Positions 15,470 to 33,134 of a DNA stretch of 64,000 nt are shown here, piece by piece. Under the pieces are notes generated by a model. The model was not told where the DNA came from, searched no databases, and worked only from the letters and a program-made list of their open reading frames with translations. Within the stretch, counting starts at the first letter, position 1. Every line of letters begins with the position of its first letter. The stretch comes from the human T2T-CHM13v2.0 reference genome, Homo sapiens: assembly GCF_009914755.1 (NCBI RefSeq), contig NC_060927.1. The stretch is one strand, 5' to 3'. The position numbers and the translations under genes are program-made.

Positions 15470-16020
15470 TGATAATCTGCATTTACTTGATACAGTGAGA
15501 GATAGGGAACTAATTTTTTTTTGTCCTGTATGATTATCCAGTTGTCAGGCTATTCTCTGAATAATCCAGACTTTCTTTACTAATTTGAAATGATATTTAT
15601 AACATGAGCACACACAAAACCATTTTAGGAATCTCCATTATGTCCCATCTGTACCTTCAGTACCAGAAACACACTGTTTCAATATCATTATACTTGTTAG
15701 TAATATCTAGTTCAAATATTCACCTTAAGTTTCAGAAGAATTGGTTCTTCTCATATTGCATCTTCTCAGATAAAGTTTTGAATCATCTTGTCAATTTATA
15801 AAAATAGTCCTTTTGAAAATTTACTTGGAAATACCTTAAATTTGTACGTTAATTTAGTCCAAACTGCAATCTCATTTTTTGAAACATCTTTTATGGTATA
15901 TTAAGGTTTTGTTAGATATATGTACTACTCAGTTAAGTTCATTTCTATATTTTTTCTAATATAAGTCAAATTTTCTCCACTATATTTTACAAATGGTTGT
16001 ATATTATCAATAGGAAAGCT
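15470..16020 (-). mobile_element. Old L1M ORF2 fragments
   Basis: Degenerate ORF2 antisense (GAGATAGGGAACTAATTTTTT...ATCCAGTTGTC). Confidence 0.55.
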
Positions 16021-16562
16021 TATAAAGAATCTACTATGAACCAATAATTACACCAGGCACTGAAGATGGAAAAAAAGAGAAGAAAAAGGAGGAACAAGCA
16101 GAAGGAACAGTGCTAATTCAAGGAGCTTATGTTTAGGTGGGTGAAGCTAGCAAGTAAATTAATGATAAAATCAGATTGTTACTAATAAGGCATAAAACAG
16201 AGGGCATGATGGTGAGCTGCAACTGTCATGACCATCTATTCACCATATTTGCTGTCTATATAGGTTTTTATTTCCTGAAATAATTCAGTTGAATCATTCA
16301 TATGAGAAAATTGGCTTATTCTAGCTAGTGATTAGGTACCATTTTTCTTGCCATAGAGAGGCTAATTACTTGCCCAATATTACTTCACTGAATTACTATG
16401 AATCTATTATGTACCTGACATTTTGGTAGGCAATAGGGATAAAATAGAGACTAAAAAATGATAAAATCATGTATTCACATAGTTTACAATATATCTAGTC
16501 AAATATAAAACACTTTTTTTGAAGACAATATTGCCTGGGCTCAAGCATATGAATATGAATGG

Positions 16563-16564
<2 letters not shown>

Positions 16565-16598
<34 letters not shown>

Positions 16599-16612
16599 AC
16601 ACACAAACACAC
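16565..16612. repeat. (CA)n microsatellite
   Basis: Direct reading. Confidence 0.97.
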
Positions 16613-16694
16613 TATAAAGAAATAAAATGTCATATATAAGGAAATCATCTCACCTTCCTTTCAAGAACCTGTAACAAAGATATATTAACTATGA

Positions 16695-17202
16695 TGATGT
16701 AGGCTGAATAATGTCCCTTGCTTCCCCTAAAACGTTTAGACATCCTAATCCCTGAAACCTGTAAATATGTTAATTTAAGTGGTAAAAAAAAAAAAAAAGA
16801 CTTTGCATTGGGATTAAGTTGTGGATTTTGGGATTGGGAGATTATTCTAGTTTATCTGAGTGGTCCCAATATAATCACAGGGCCCTTATAAAATAAAGGA
16901 GGTCACAGCCAGCGAGAAGACAATGTGACAACAAAAGCAGAGGAAGAGAAGATCTGATGGCAGGGGGAGGGGTCAGAGTGATGCAAGGAAGGGGCCAGAA
17001 GCCAATAAATGCAGATGGTATCTAGAATCTTTAAAAGGCAAGGAAATGGAATCTCTCCTAGTGTCTCCAGAAGGAGTACAGCTGGGTCAACCTATTTAAA
17101 ACTTCAGACCTTTAGAACCCTAAGATTATAAATTTGAATTGTTTTAAGCCAGCCACCAAACGCATGGTAATTTGTTACAGCCATAATAGAAAACTTAATA
17201 CA
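16695..17202 (+). mobile_element. MLT1D solo LTR
   Basis: GTAGGCTGAATAATG...ATCCTAATCCCTGAAACCTGT...GGTAATTTGTTACAGC...AATACA. Confidence 0.85.
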
Positions 17203-17642
17203 GCTGATAAGCTGATAGATTCACACTCCTCAGTATAACATTCACAGCTATTTCTCAAATAATCATAGTGCAACTTTTTAGCCTTATCTCTTATGGCAGC
17301 CTAAGTTGGTCCATTCAAAGCAGCAATTCAATCAGTGTCATCTCCTTTTGGCCTTCTATACATTTTCTTACTTAGCTCCAATTCTAGTCATGGACTATTT
17401 CCTTTTCTATGAAATTCATGCCCATTGCCTGCTTAAAGCCAAATCTCTATGTTCAATTTATTCCACCAATTTTAATCTCTCCCAGTAAAGTGGTATCTAA
17501 GTAGTACTTTAGCTTTATAAACCCAATATCATGCTCAGTAATAATTTTTATGTCATTTTAAGTATTCAATCTGCTGCTCTACTAGATTATAACCTTCAAA
17601 GGAACAGGGAATATATGTGCTTTTGGTTTTTAATCATTTTGG

Positions 17643-17803
17643 CAGGGCCTCCCAAATTCTCACATCATTGCGTGCACAGAAAATACTAGAATTTGCACAG
17701 CACACTTGAGTAAATGCCTGATGTTGTTCCTGGCCACATTTCTGGCTACCCCAGGACCTGTCCAAAGGCTCTGTTACTCAGAACATGGAAGCTGGGAAAC
17801 CCT
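17643..17803. mobile_element. Small hAT-Charlie MITE remnant within an L2 3' end
   Basis: TIR-like ends CAGGGCCTCCCAA / TGGGAAACCCT; family not certain. Confidence 0.55.
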
Positions 17804-17959
17804 TCTAGGTACTTAGCACCATGCAACTCATTTAACTGGGGTTCAATATATGTTTGCTAACTTATCTTGTTAACCAGAAATAATAAAACTATTGGCATTT
17901 TTAAAAGCAGATATATATGGCTGTCAGAAAAAAACAGCAATACTCTATACTTTCATAGA

Positions 17960-18150
17960 ACTATGATTTATAATGTGTTCAACACACATGCGTTTTAAGT
18001 TTATTTGACTATCACAAGAACCCTGTGAGATAAGAATGTAGGCATTATTACTGTCATTTTATAAATGAAGAAACTAAGACTTTCAGGGACAAATTACTTT
18101 CCAAAGCCGTCAAATAGAAAACCCAGGACTGGAAACTACACCTTCTAATC
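17960..18150 (-). mobile_element. MIR
   Basis: AACCCTGTGAGATAAG...CATTTTATAAATGAAGAAACTAAG core. Confidence 0.75.
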
Positions 18151-19169
18151 CCACATTTATTGGTTTATTTTTCCCATGATGATTTCAGGCCCTTAAAGCT
18201 AGTAATAGTGATTCTAAAACCCAGGTTAAAATTTCAGTGAACTCATTCATTTGAAATGGCTTTTGAACACAAACAAAACTTTTATGTTTCATAGTATGAG
18301 GCCACTTGGGTCTTTCTCCTAAGTGATAAAAATGATAAAACATGCCATTTTGTCAATTTCTGGTACTATTTAATGGTTTTTGTATTAGAACACAAAATAA
18401 ATCTTAAAGGTAAAAATATCTTAGAATACAAGATTTTAAGTTTTACAGCTAACTTGCTGAGGCAGCAAATGGAAGCCCCATTGGGAAAGTACTACAAGGT
18501 AGATTAAGATAAGAGAATGACTCAAATAGAGAAACCATATGCATTATGAAAAATGCTTGGGGGTCTGCATGGCTGGAGGATAAAGAAGACATATACCTCT
18601 CCACCCTCAAGGAATATGAACAGCTGAATTCTTTTATTCTTATATTACCTATTGAAGTCAGTGAGTTCCTCCAGGAGGAATCATCAAGAAAGCTGCATAC
18701 TTAGAGTGGATAGCAGTGAGCTATCTATTACTTCTCTTTTCAGACATAAAATGAAAAAAATGTAATTTATTTAAATTAGGGGGAGATAATATGGTAACTT
18801 ACCATAAGCAATATGTGTGTCTACTTAAAAGAATAGCAGTATCATTCTGGGTGCCCTCCGGAGCCACATAAATGCAAAAGAAGAAAATAATTCACCATGG
18901 TCTTTGTTAATTCTCTCTGTCACTCAATTATTGTTAATTTAATAAGACCATTCCTTTAAATGAATGATTCTTCAGGAAGCATGAGTGTGGTAGGGAGGTT
19001 AGCTGTGTGCCAAAGATTAGAAAGCTTCATTTTCAGAGTTCTCCCTTCGTTCATTCCAACATACCTGGTTAAAGCTGTTTTCTGTACCTGCTATATTTCA
19101 TGCTAGATTTTGTGAGTGATTACTTTTAACATGAAAATGACTCGATGAAGCAATAAGGAGGATGCTGGA

Positions 19170-19380
19170 AAGAAATTTGAGATTGACTTTGGAAGAGGAT
19201 ATTTGGCTGCACCTCTTACTGGCTGTGTGATGTTGAGCAAGTTATTTAGCTGCCATTAAATCTTAGGTTCACATCTAGAAAATAGACGATAAAAAATCAT
19301 ACCTACCCACTGTATGGTTGTGAGATTCTTGCTTACAAGATGATTCATTTAAAGTGTTCACTGTAGTGTTTAGCACCCCT
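19170..19380 (+). mobile_element. MIR
   Basis: CTTACTGGCTGTGTGATGTTGAGCAAGTTATTTA...GGTTGTGAGATT. Confidence 0.75.
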
Positions 19381-19550
19381 CAAACTTCCTCAGTCAGGGT
19401 TTCTCTGCTAAATTATTTTCAGAAAACAGATCTCTCCACGTTTTAAAACAGTACAATACCTTAGAGTTTGTGGATGAAAAAACTTCATTTTAGACCAGGG
19501 ATTCAGTTGCAGTAGATATGTAATGCTATATATCAACTGAATTCCTGGGT

Positions 19551-19553
<3 letters not shown>

Positions 19554-19596
<43 letters not shown>

Positions 19597-19611
19597 ACAG
19601 AAAGAGAGAGA
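19554..19611. repeat. (TG)n followed by (GA)n microsatellite
   Basis: Direct reading. Confidence 0.97.
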
Positions 19612-19909
19612 GGTTAGTTAAGCAGTAGCTTATTGGAATCCACTTTTTGAAAATAATAATGACTAGCTAAAAAAACATGGATCAAAATAAGAACCTTAGG
19701 TTTAATATTTTTAACACAGATCAAAATTTATGTTTGAGCTTTTATTTATTCAGTGATAGAATAAAATATTGCTTTGTAGTAATACCTGCAGTTATAAAGA
19801 GATAGCTAGATAATCACTTTCTAATACAATATACATTTTTCACTCCCTAGTATTAAAGCATAAGCATTAATCCTTAAAATAAGACAATGGAATTCAAAAA
19901 TATCAAGAG

Positions 19910-20450
19910 AAACAATAGCCCTCATTTATAAAGGATTTGTCATTACCTAGACAGTCTATCTTATTTAATCTCGTAACATTCCCATGAAACCATCACTATT
20001 ATTACCTCTTTCTACACATGAGAAGGGGTTACTTTATTCACTGGATGTTTCACAGTTAGGGACTGGCAGAGCCCAAATTCAAACCGACGTCTAACTACAA
20101 AGATCTAATTCATAAGCACTATTGTCTGTTATCTCAAACATAAATACAAATTTAAAGCTAAAGGAAAAGATCATTTAAAAGTCATGAAGGACAATAGAGA
20201 GAAAATGGAGAATCAAACTCGAGAATCTATTCTGGCCTCTCCCAAAACAGTCTCACTAAAGTCACAGTGGAGTCGGATCAACTCAGCTCTAACTCCTAAT
20301 AGCACTATGACCCTGCACAAGTCACTCCACCTTTTTGAGCCTAAATGTTCTCATGAGCCCAATGAGAACAGTTACTTCTTTTTGCAGTTGAGGTAAAGAA
20401 AATATGAATTCTATAGAGCCTGGTACATTGTAGGTGTTCGATAAACAGTA
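19910..20450. mobile_element. Two MIR fragments (minus ~19910-20130, plus ~20250-20450)
   Basis: TGGCAGAGCCCAAATTCAAACC; TATGACCCTGCACAAGTCACTCCACCTTTTTGAGCCT. Confidence 0.65.
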
Positions 20451-20723
20451 ATTCTGGAGAATACTTCAAAATTTAATGTAATATTATGATATTCACAGAA
20501 CTTTTACATTTTGGTAAGGAGACAAAAAATTTTATAAATACATTGTTGGGGTATATTTTTAATGATATCTGCTTGTATTAATGTTTATAAGTATTATTTC
20601 AGGTTAACACTACAGACAAGAAAAATTTCTAACTGTGTTTTGAAGAAATAGTGTAATTCTTTTGAGACAACCAACAAAGGCTCATAAAGCATGACATGCA
20701 GAGGGAAAAAGTTCTCTTCCAAC

Positions 20724-20833
20724 CTGTATGCAGATGCCTCCATTCTGTTTCCCGCCATCATCAAAAACAAAAGCCACATTTCTGTGATGGTACTGAAGCA
20801 GAACAACCGTCACTGTATGGCAACAGTCTTGAG
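20724..20833 (-). other. Candidate internal exon (110 nt)
   Basis: Minus strand: ~55-nt pyrimidine tract ending TCCTTCCTAG|, donor CAG|GTTGGA (weak); unique sequence; no recognisable peptide. Confidence 0.3.
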
Positions 20834-22700
20834 CTAGGAAGGATGCAACATGAGGAGAACAGCAAAAATGAGGAGCAAAAAGAGAAATCAACAAAACGCC
20901 ATCTGCTTATAATATGTAGCTGGAACCAGCTGATATAAGCACATTTTTAAAGATGTGATGAAATTTTTCCTTGTGGTCTTTTAACCCTGAAAATGAATGT
21001 TCTGTGCAGGGATAGGATATTTGAGACCCAGGCCATCTTCACTAGCTGTTCTCTAAACACACAGGGCTGAAACTGAACAGTGATGGTACTTTAGCACCAT
21101 GGTCTAGATTTATTCTGTAATACCATTACAAGAAATGTTATAATGCTGAAAAAGAAGTTTGAATCTTCTCATTTCTCATCCCCATCCATACCTAGTAATA
21201 AACACAAAACTGATTTGTAAAAATAGTATTTCTACCTATGTGTGAATATACATAAAAATATATTTCCTAATTCCAAAGCAAATAAAACTTTGGAAAATAT
21301 CTATCAACCTAAGAGAATCACAAAAGAATTTAAAAAACAATTAGAAATGGAATTTTAAAAAGAAGCATCCAAATAAATTCCTTAAAAACTGTGGCAAACC
21401 GACAAAAAAAAAATCTACTCTCCAAAGTTTAGAAAATGAACATGTGGTCTTTTTCCCACGGCAAGAATATCTGGCATGTGAAAGTTATTTACATTAAAAT
21501 CTTTGAGTGATCTCGTGTTTATTTTTTATGTTTAATTTATTTCAAGTGTTTTCAATAGGAGTTTCCTCAAACTACCATTAGAGGGCATGAAAGAATAACG
21601 TGCAGACCAAAGTCAAACAGCCCCCAAACATAACTCTGAAGAAAAGAGCTACCATTTATATTTGGTTTCAAAAGAAAACTTTACAAAACAATTAATAATT
21701 GCAATAATTTGTATGTAAGAAGTTTTAATGAAAACAGCCATCTATAAAGAAATAAAGGTGGTGCTGATAGTTATTTCATGTGTAAAAGACAGAAGCAAAT
21801 AACTAAAGTTTTAAGAGCTATACCTTGATAATCTCAAAATTAGCCTTTTCCAGTTATCAATCATAGCAGACATGGTGAACAAATAAGAGAAATAAAGTAA
21901 GTAAGTAAGCAACTGAGGGGGGATTGGTGGGGGTCAGGGAGTATGAGAGAAACACACATAGAATGAGAGAAGGAAGATCTGATCTCCAACTTTTAACTAT
22001 GAGATGTGAAAAAATATATATATTAAATAAAAAATTCAGGAATATATTTCTCTTTGAAAAGCATAGGATCAATTTTGTGTCTTCAAAGTCTACCCCTACC
22101 TAGCTGGCCTCTCTTTGGTTTTCTTACACAACTTCCTTCTTACCTAGGGGCAACGGCAACAAAAACTGGATCAAAGATGGAGTGGATTTCAAATATGCTA
22201 AAGTAAAACCTAAATCTCCCAATTCTTTAAATCACTTAATTCAAAGGATTTTAAGTGTATACTCTGTTCTTAAATGCCATGCTCAAAACATGCAAAATAA
22301 ATGGATCCATATCCAATTAGGATTATATTGTCAAATAAATGTTAATAAAGCTAGTACCAACCTAGGTAATATATTTTTAGCTCATGGGAAAAAATTTACA
22401 GCTTACATTTCAGATCAATATAAAATTATTTCTTATATGGATGCCTCCTTTGCAGCAATCATTCTTACCTTTATTGAATTCCAGGATAAATTTACAGTAT
22501 CAATTCCTTCCTTTAATTTACAAAATGATAAAATCCCAAGATTGCCTTCAAACAGAAGGAACACAGCCTCAATATGTTTCTATTACACTATGAAGAATGT
22601 TAAGACTCCCTATAGAGCACTTTGAGTTAACTCCTATAAATTTTCTGCTTAAGTTTTCAAACAGGGGGAACTAGGGATATACACAAGAACATAAACTCAC

Positions 22701-22820
22701 CCTTCAGTGATGATTCTGTCCTGGTCTATATTGCTGAAAGGCATAAATAAGGCCATAAAGGAATTGGAATTATACTAAACAGTATCTCAGACTCTGCACT
22801 CTGTTTGTAAACACAGACCT
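22701..22820 (-). other. Candidate non-coding exon (120 nt)
   Basis: Minus strand: acceptor TTTTTTCCATCTGTCTCTGTGCACTTTCCAG|, donor AGG|GTGAGT; stops in all three frames. Confidence 0.3.
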
Positions 22821-23499
22821 CTGGAAAGTGCACAGAGACAGATGGAAAAAATATTCTCAACTCTCTGAGATCAGAGGAAGGCACTTAGCAAGTCATCTAC
22901 CCCATAGGACCCATTCTGACTGACTGAAAATGTATCTGAAAAAGTTCAACAGCTATAAATAAAATAGGTAGCAAACACATATGCTAGACACACCTCTTAT
23001 TACTTACTTTAATTTTCTACTTGTATTATGTGAATAAAATCGTATAAAAGTTAAAACATTTTGCAATGTGATCCTTTGTCTTAACTTTTGCAATAAAAAT
23101 TTAAGATATATCTTTGTTAGTAGTTTCTGTTTTTAAGTACAGAAAACCGGGCCAAGTAGCTAAGAGAAGATGAGGGGTTCCATTATATAGATTAGAAAAT
23201 AAATAAAAACTTTCTTTCTATGATCCAAGTACAGCCTCACCTATAAGGTCCCTAAACTTCTGTGCTCATTTTTCTCATAGCTATTGTCATCAAGTATTAT
23301 AATTGTATTTTTATTAATTTGTCTCCTCCTTAAGACTTTAAGTTATTTAATGGTAGAAACTGTATTTCAAGAACAGAAGGTGTCACAGGAAAATTTTTTG
23401 ATACATGTTTGGTATATTAATCTGTTGAGAAAAGACTCAACAGCCACTTAAAAATACCTTCAGGTCTATAATTTATAACTATGCTTATTTGCTGTATTT

Positions 23500-23800
23500 G
23501 ACAGAATTCATTGAGCATCTATTAATATTATGTGCCAGAAACCATCATAGACACTGGGAACACAGCAACAAATAAGATGGCAAAGAGTTCCCCTTTTCTT
23601 GTGGAGCTGACCTTCTTTGGGAGTAGCCAATAAGAAAAAATGAACCTAAAAATAAATAAGGAAAGCAATAAGAACAGAATAAGTACTGGAAACATAAAAG
23701 AAGATGAACATGCATAGTCATAGTCAGGATTTCCTACCTTCATGCAAAAAATAAACCTTTTCTTGAGGAACATGAATAAAAGATAAATCTAGCCTACAGT
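23500..23800 (-). mobile_element. L2 3' fragment
   Basis: TTCATTGAGCATCTATT..ATGTGCCAG...CTGGGAACACAGCA...TGGAGCTGACCTTCT. Confidence 0.7.
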
Positions 23801-23810
23801 GATGTAAGGG

Positions 23811-24325
23811 TGTGGTGCAAGGCCCAAAATTAACATTATGTGCTGCCTTGTTGTCTGAATCCACAAGGGTCTCAAGTAGCCTGAATTCTAGTTCTCTCCA
23901 CTCTCCTTCTGCATATACAGTCCCTTAGGGGAACAACCCACTTTATCAAATGGACCAAATGCAGTTCCTGTTTATCCCTCAATAGCAAGTACCAATTCCC
24001 TGACAGCCCGTAGAATTATTCAAAGTAGCTAGTCACACCCTCCCACAGGAACCAAGGGACACCCCACCCTCTTACTACTACAAAACCAGCCTCCCACAAC
24101 CCCCAGTTGTTCACTCTCTTCCCAAGTGCAATCCCCATGTGGCCATGCATGGTATGCGATGTCCTCCTTCCCCAAGCTGTGATTATATGGAATTAATAGT
24201 TAATAAAATATAACTAATGAATCTCACCTGGACCCAGTGTTGTGTGTAGTGTGTTCAGCCATCTCTACAATCCTAGCATAGGAATCCCTCCTTCACCAAC
24301 AGGGTAAGAGGAGGCAATCAAACCA
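23811..24325 (+). mobile_element. ERVL-class solo LTR (MER74/MER54-like)
   Basis: TG...CA termini, AATAAA, 5-bp TSD AAGGG/AAGTG; subfamily uncertain. Confidence 0.7.
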
Positions 24326-25114
24326 AAGTGTTCTATATATCTGGCCTGAAGTTACACACAGAAAGACAAGTACATTTTCATTGGAAGAACACGGACCTTG
24401 GACTCAGAGATAGCCTCTGAGGTTAAGTCCTTTCTTCTCAACCAAGAGTAACCATCTTAAAAACAGAGGTTATTGCCTTTAACACATTGCTTTGTATCTC
24501 TAACCTCCTGTGCTTAAGTAGATACCAAGGGCAAATCTTTTCACCTTTCTTCAGCCTCACTCAGGATGGTCCCAATCCTCATTTAGAAGTTTATTTCACA
24601 AAAAGTAATGTTTGAAAAATTTTCAGACTCATTGTAGATACAGAAGACATTCTGGTGTTTCTAACACAATGTCCACAATGGTTCATAGTACTTCATAAAG
24701 AGATGTTATAACACATCCTTGACATCTTGAATGGCTTCCTGTGACTATGCCTTTGTATACACCTTTTCCCCTTCCATCCCAAATTTTTTTTTTGTTTTTC
24801 AGCTTTTAAATCTTTATTTAATTCCATATAAATGAAAGTACATATGAATGCTATTATTTGAATAGTTATTTGGGCATAGACAAAATAATGGCAATTGTTC
24901 TTATTTTGGACAAAAAGTTGTTTAAAAGCAATACAGCATGTATATTATTTTGTTAAGTACATTTGGGCACTTCTTAAAATGATGGGTGAATTTAGGAATA
25001 AATTATTTTTCGGCAAACTATTCCCAAAAGAAACCAGTGTGGAACAGTATTCTTATGAGTTTATTTTTGTGATAAAGTAAAAGGACATTTATACTTTTTT
25101 TCCCAAGGGTTTCA

Positions 25115-25265
25115 CTTTTTTATTGATGCATAATAGATATATATTGTTTTGAGGTGAAACAACTTATTTCATGTGATAATTTATTACATTCATATAATTT
25201 GTAAAGATTGAATCCATGTACTTGGGGTATCCATCACCTTAAATATTTCCCTTTTCTTTTTGTTT
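25115..25265 (-). mobile_element. L1MA 3' end fragment
   Basis: TTTATTGATGCATAATAGAT...TTGGGGTATCCATCACCTTAAATATTT. Confidence 0.7.
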
Positions 25266-25764
25266 TTAAAAAGAATTTCACATGATTTTATTCTATCTAA
25301 TACTGTACTCCCTCCTCCAAATAACTGGATATTATCTACATGAAAATGTGGAAACTTCAATGAGGAAACTTTTACTTGTCCAAGTTGTCCTAAGCTCTTA
25401 AGACTGGAATTAATATGGCTCATTTAAGATTGGGGCAAATGAGAATTCAATAACCAAAACCTACAAACTGAAATTCTGAAGGGAATTTCTGGGTTACCAC
25501 TCCAGTATCAGGAAAGGCACAGGCTCTGTGATTAATTTTCTTTTTATTGTTATTATTATTATTATACTTTTAATTCTATGGTACATGTGCACCATGTGCA
25601 GGTTTGTTACATATGTATACATGTGCCATGTTGGTGTGCTCCACCCATTATCTCACCATTTACATTGGGCATATCTACTAATGCTATCCCTCCCCCATTC
25701 CCCCACCCCATGACAGGCCCCAGTGTGTGATGTTCCCCACCCTGTGTTCAAGTGTTCTCATTCT

Positions 25765-29588
<3,824 letters not shown>

Positions 29589-29651
29589 TATGATGTGAGC
29601 TGGTTATTTTGCTCATTAGTTGATGCAGTTTCTTCCTAGCATCAATGGTCT

Positions 29652-30679
29652 TTACAATTTGGCATGTTTTTTGCAGTGGCTGGTACCGATTGTTCCTTTC
29701 CATGTTTAGTGCTTCCTTCAGGAGTTCTTTTAGTGCAGGCCTGGTGGTGACAAAATCTCTTAGCATTTGTTTGTCTGTAAAAGATTTTATTTCTCCTTCA
29801 CTTACGAAGCTTAGTTTGGCTGGATATGAAATTCTGGGTTGAAAATTCTTTTCTTTAAGAATGTTGAATATTGGCCCCCACTCTCTTCTGGCTTGTAGAG
29901 TTTCTTCCGAGAGATCAGCTGTTAGTCTGATGGGCTTCCCTTTGTGAGTAACCCAACCTTTCTCTCTGGCTGCCCTTAACACTTTTTCCTTCATTTCCAC
30001 TTCGGTGGATCTGACAATTATGTGTCTTGGAGTTGCTCCTCTCAAGGAATATCTTTGTGGCGTTCTCTGTATTTCCTGAATTTGAATGTTGGCCTGCCTT
30101 GCTAGGTTGGGGAAGTTCTCCTAGATAATATCCTGAAGAGTGTTTTCCAAGTTGGTTCCATTCTCCCCGTCACTTTCAGGTACACCAATCAGACGTAGAT
30201 TTGGTCTTTTCACATAGTCCCATGTTTCTTGGAGGCTGTGTTCATTTCTTTTTATTCTTTTTTTCTCTAAACTTCTCTTCTAGCTTCATTTCATTCATTT
30301 GATCTTCCATCACTGATACCCATTCTTCCACTTGATCAAATTGTCTACTTAAGCTTGTACATGTGTCCTGTAGTTCTCGTGCCATGGTTTTCAGCTTCAT
30401 CAGGTCATTTAAGGACTTCTCTACATTGGTTATACTAGTTAGCCATTGGTCTAATCTTTTTTCAAGGTTTTTAGCTTCTTTGCGATGGGTTCAAACATCC
30501 TCCTTTAGCTCGGAGAAGTTTGTTATTACCGATCGTCTGAAGCCCTCTTCTCTCAACTCATCAAAGTCATTCTCCGTCCAGCTTTGTTCCGTTGCTGGTG
30601 AGGAGCTGCGTTCTTTTGGAGGAGAAGAAGCGCTCTGTTTTTTAGAATTTTCAGCTTTTCTGCTCTGGTTTCTCCCCAT
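29652..30679 (-). pseudogene. Disrupted L1 ORF1
   Basis: Fragments MGRNQSRK..., TPRHIIVR, ARREWGPIFNILKEKNFQPRISYPAKLSF; premature stop after 62 aa. Confidence 0.93.
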
Positions 30680-32498
30680 CTTTCTTTGCTGATGGTGACG
30701 TACCTATGGGGTTTTGGTGTGGATGTCCTTTCTGTTTCTTAGTTTTCCTTCTAACAGTCAGGACCTTCAGCTGCAGATCTGTTGGAGTTTGCTGGGTTTC
30801 CACTCCAGACCCTGTTTGCCTGGGTATCACCAGTGGAGACTGCAGAACGGCAGATGCTGCTGCCTGATCCTTCCTCTGGAAGCTTCGTCTCAGAGGGCCA
30901 CCCCACCATGTTAGGTGTCAGTCGCCCCCTACTGGGAGGTGTCTACCAGTTAGGCTACTCGGGGGTCAGGGTCCCACTTGAGGAGGCAGTCTGTCTGTCC
31001 TAAGATCTCAAACTCCATGCTGGGAGAACCACTACTCACTTCAAAGCTGTCAGACAGGGACATTTAAGTCTATAGAAGTTTCTGCTGCCTTTTGTTCAGC
31101 TATGCCCTGCCCCCAGACGTGAAGTCTACAAAGGCAGGCAGGCCTCCTTGAGCTGTGGTGGGCTCCACCCAGGTAGAGCTTCCAGGCCGCTTTGTTTACC
31201 TACTCAAGCTTCAGCAACGGCAGACGCCCCTCCCCTAACCTCGTTGCCACCTCGAAGTTAGATCTGACTGCTGTGCTAGCAGTGAGTGAGGCTCCATGGG
31301 TGTGGGACCCTCTGAGGATGCGTGGGATATAATGTCCTGGTGTGCCGTTTGCTAAGGCCTTTGGAAACATGTAGTATTAGGGTGGGAGTGTCCCAATTTT
31401 CCAAGTACTGTCTGTCATGGCTTCCCTTTGCTAGGAAAGGGAATTCCCCAACTGCCTGTGCTTCCCAGGTGCGGTGATGCCCTGCCCTGCTCCATGGGCT
31501 TCACCCACTGTCTGACAAGCCCCTGTGAGATGAACATGGTACCTCAGTTGGAAATGCAGAAATCACCCGTCTTCTTCGTCACTTATGCTGGAAGCTGCAG
31601 ACTGGAGCTGAACCTATTCAGCCATCTTGGAACCCCAAATTTTTTCTTTTATCAAAAACCTTCCTAGATTTTTCAAGATTGGAGAATTATTTCAATTATA
31701 TGAATACCCATAATACCATGGCATATATCAGACATTTCTAGTTCACTAGCTTGTATTGATGTTTTTTTCTGTGGGCTTATGCCATCTCCCCAACCAAGAG
31801 TAAACACCTTAGTGGCAGAGATTATAGCCTTTAACATATGGCTTTGCATCACCATTGTCTTGTACATACATAAATACTCAGTAACCCCTTGTCAGTGAAA
31901 TCGGTAAACATGTATCCTGCCTTTCTCCTCATTTTTGCTTATGCTGTAATAAAAACATTGTTTTAAAAAAAACTCCTTTAATTTTGCATCATCACAAAGA
32001 TTTTTATAAGGGCATGACTCATAGCAGAAACATCTAAACAGATTCTAAAGTTTTGACATGAGGATTAAACATATTAAGGGCTGATTTTTGCTATTGTACT
32101 CTGTAGTTTTAGAATATTTTTATTTGAATAGAAAATTGAATTTATAAAAGTGGGCAGCAAAACACATTCAGAGCCATCATTTACTATCCGTAGGCAGGTT
32201 CTCAACCATCAAAGCTTCACTCTTCCACAGCATTAAAAGGCATGAAGCACAGCACAGCCCTACAGCAGTGATCCACCCTAGAGACTGTTGATTGATGGGA
32301 TGGATTAAACAGACTCCCTAAAATGCCTCCAAAGCTATCAATTTAAAAAAAATAATAATAACAATGATAGGTACACTCTCAATCATTCAGAATTCTTCAG
32401 AAAATCTTTTATTTATAATTTATTCCATAGCATAAAATGTCTAACTGTAATTCAAATTTTATTCCTATTTATAAACACATCTATATAAAACCATTCTA

Positions 32499-32692
32499 CT
32501 TTTTTAAATAATTTCAACTTTTATTTTGTATTCAGGGGGTATATGTGCAGGTTTGTTAACTGAGTATATTGTGTGATGCTAAGTTAAGGTACAATTGATC
32601 CTGTCACTCAAGTACTGAGCATAGTACCCACTACTATTTCAACCCTGTCCTCCTTCCTCCTTCCCCAATCTAGTAGTACCCAGTGACTACTT
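32499..32692 (-). mobile_element. L1PA16-like 3' end fragment
   Basis: TTTCAACTTTTATTTTGTATTCAGGGGGTATATGTGCAGG...GAGCATAGTACCC. Confidence 0.8.
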
Positions 32693-33090
32693 GAACCTAT
32701 TTTAGATATTGACTATACATAAATGTCTGTAAAATATCTTTAGAATATCCAAAATATAACCAACTATCTTGTGGGTATATTTTAGCTGGATGTCATAATG
32801 CTTTACATATTTGAATATTAATACTTTCAAAGAGGGCAAGTATCCTAACATTTACTAAGGACTCACTAGTCTCTATTGTCTTACGTTTGGATTGATTTGA
32901 TAACAGCCTTTCTCATCCACAGAGTTTTGACTCTAAAACGTATCTAGGAAGCAGACAGATACTGGAAAGTCAGATGTCCCGGATGCTAGTCCTGTCTCTA
33001 ACTTCCTGTGTGAATTTGGGCAAATCATGTCCACTGAGAAGAGGTTGGGCTAATTGCTGACATTACTCTTAATAATGCATGACCCTACTA

Positions 33091-33134
33091 TTAGGTCAGT
33101 GCAAAAGTAATTGCAGTTTTTGCCACCAACTGAA
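33091..33134. mobile_element. Internally deleted MADE1
   Basis: TA|TTAGGTCAGTGCAAAAGTAATTGCAGTTTTTGC-CACCAACTGAA|TA. Confidence 0.8.

Noticed and set aside
22182-22625. 147-aa ORF in unique sequence
   Set aside because: Non-ATG start, AT-rich composition and no recognisable domain
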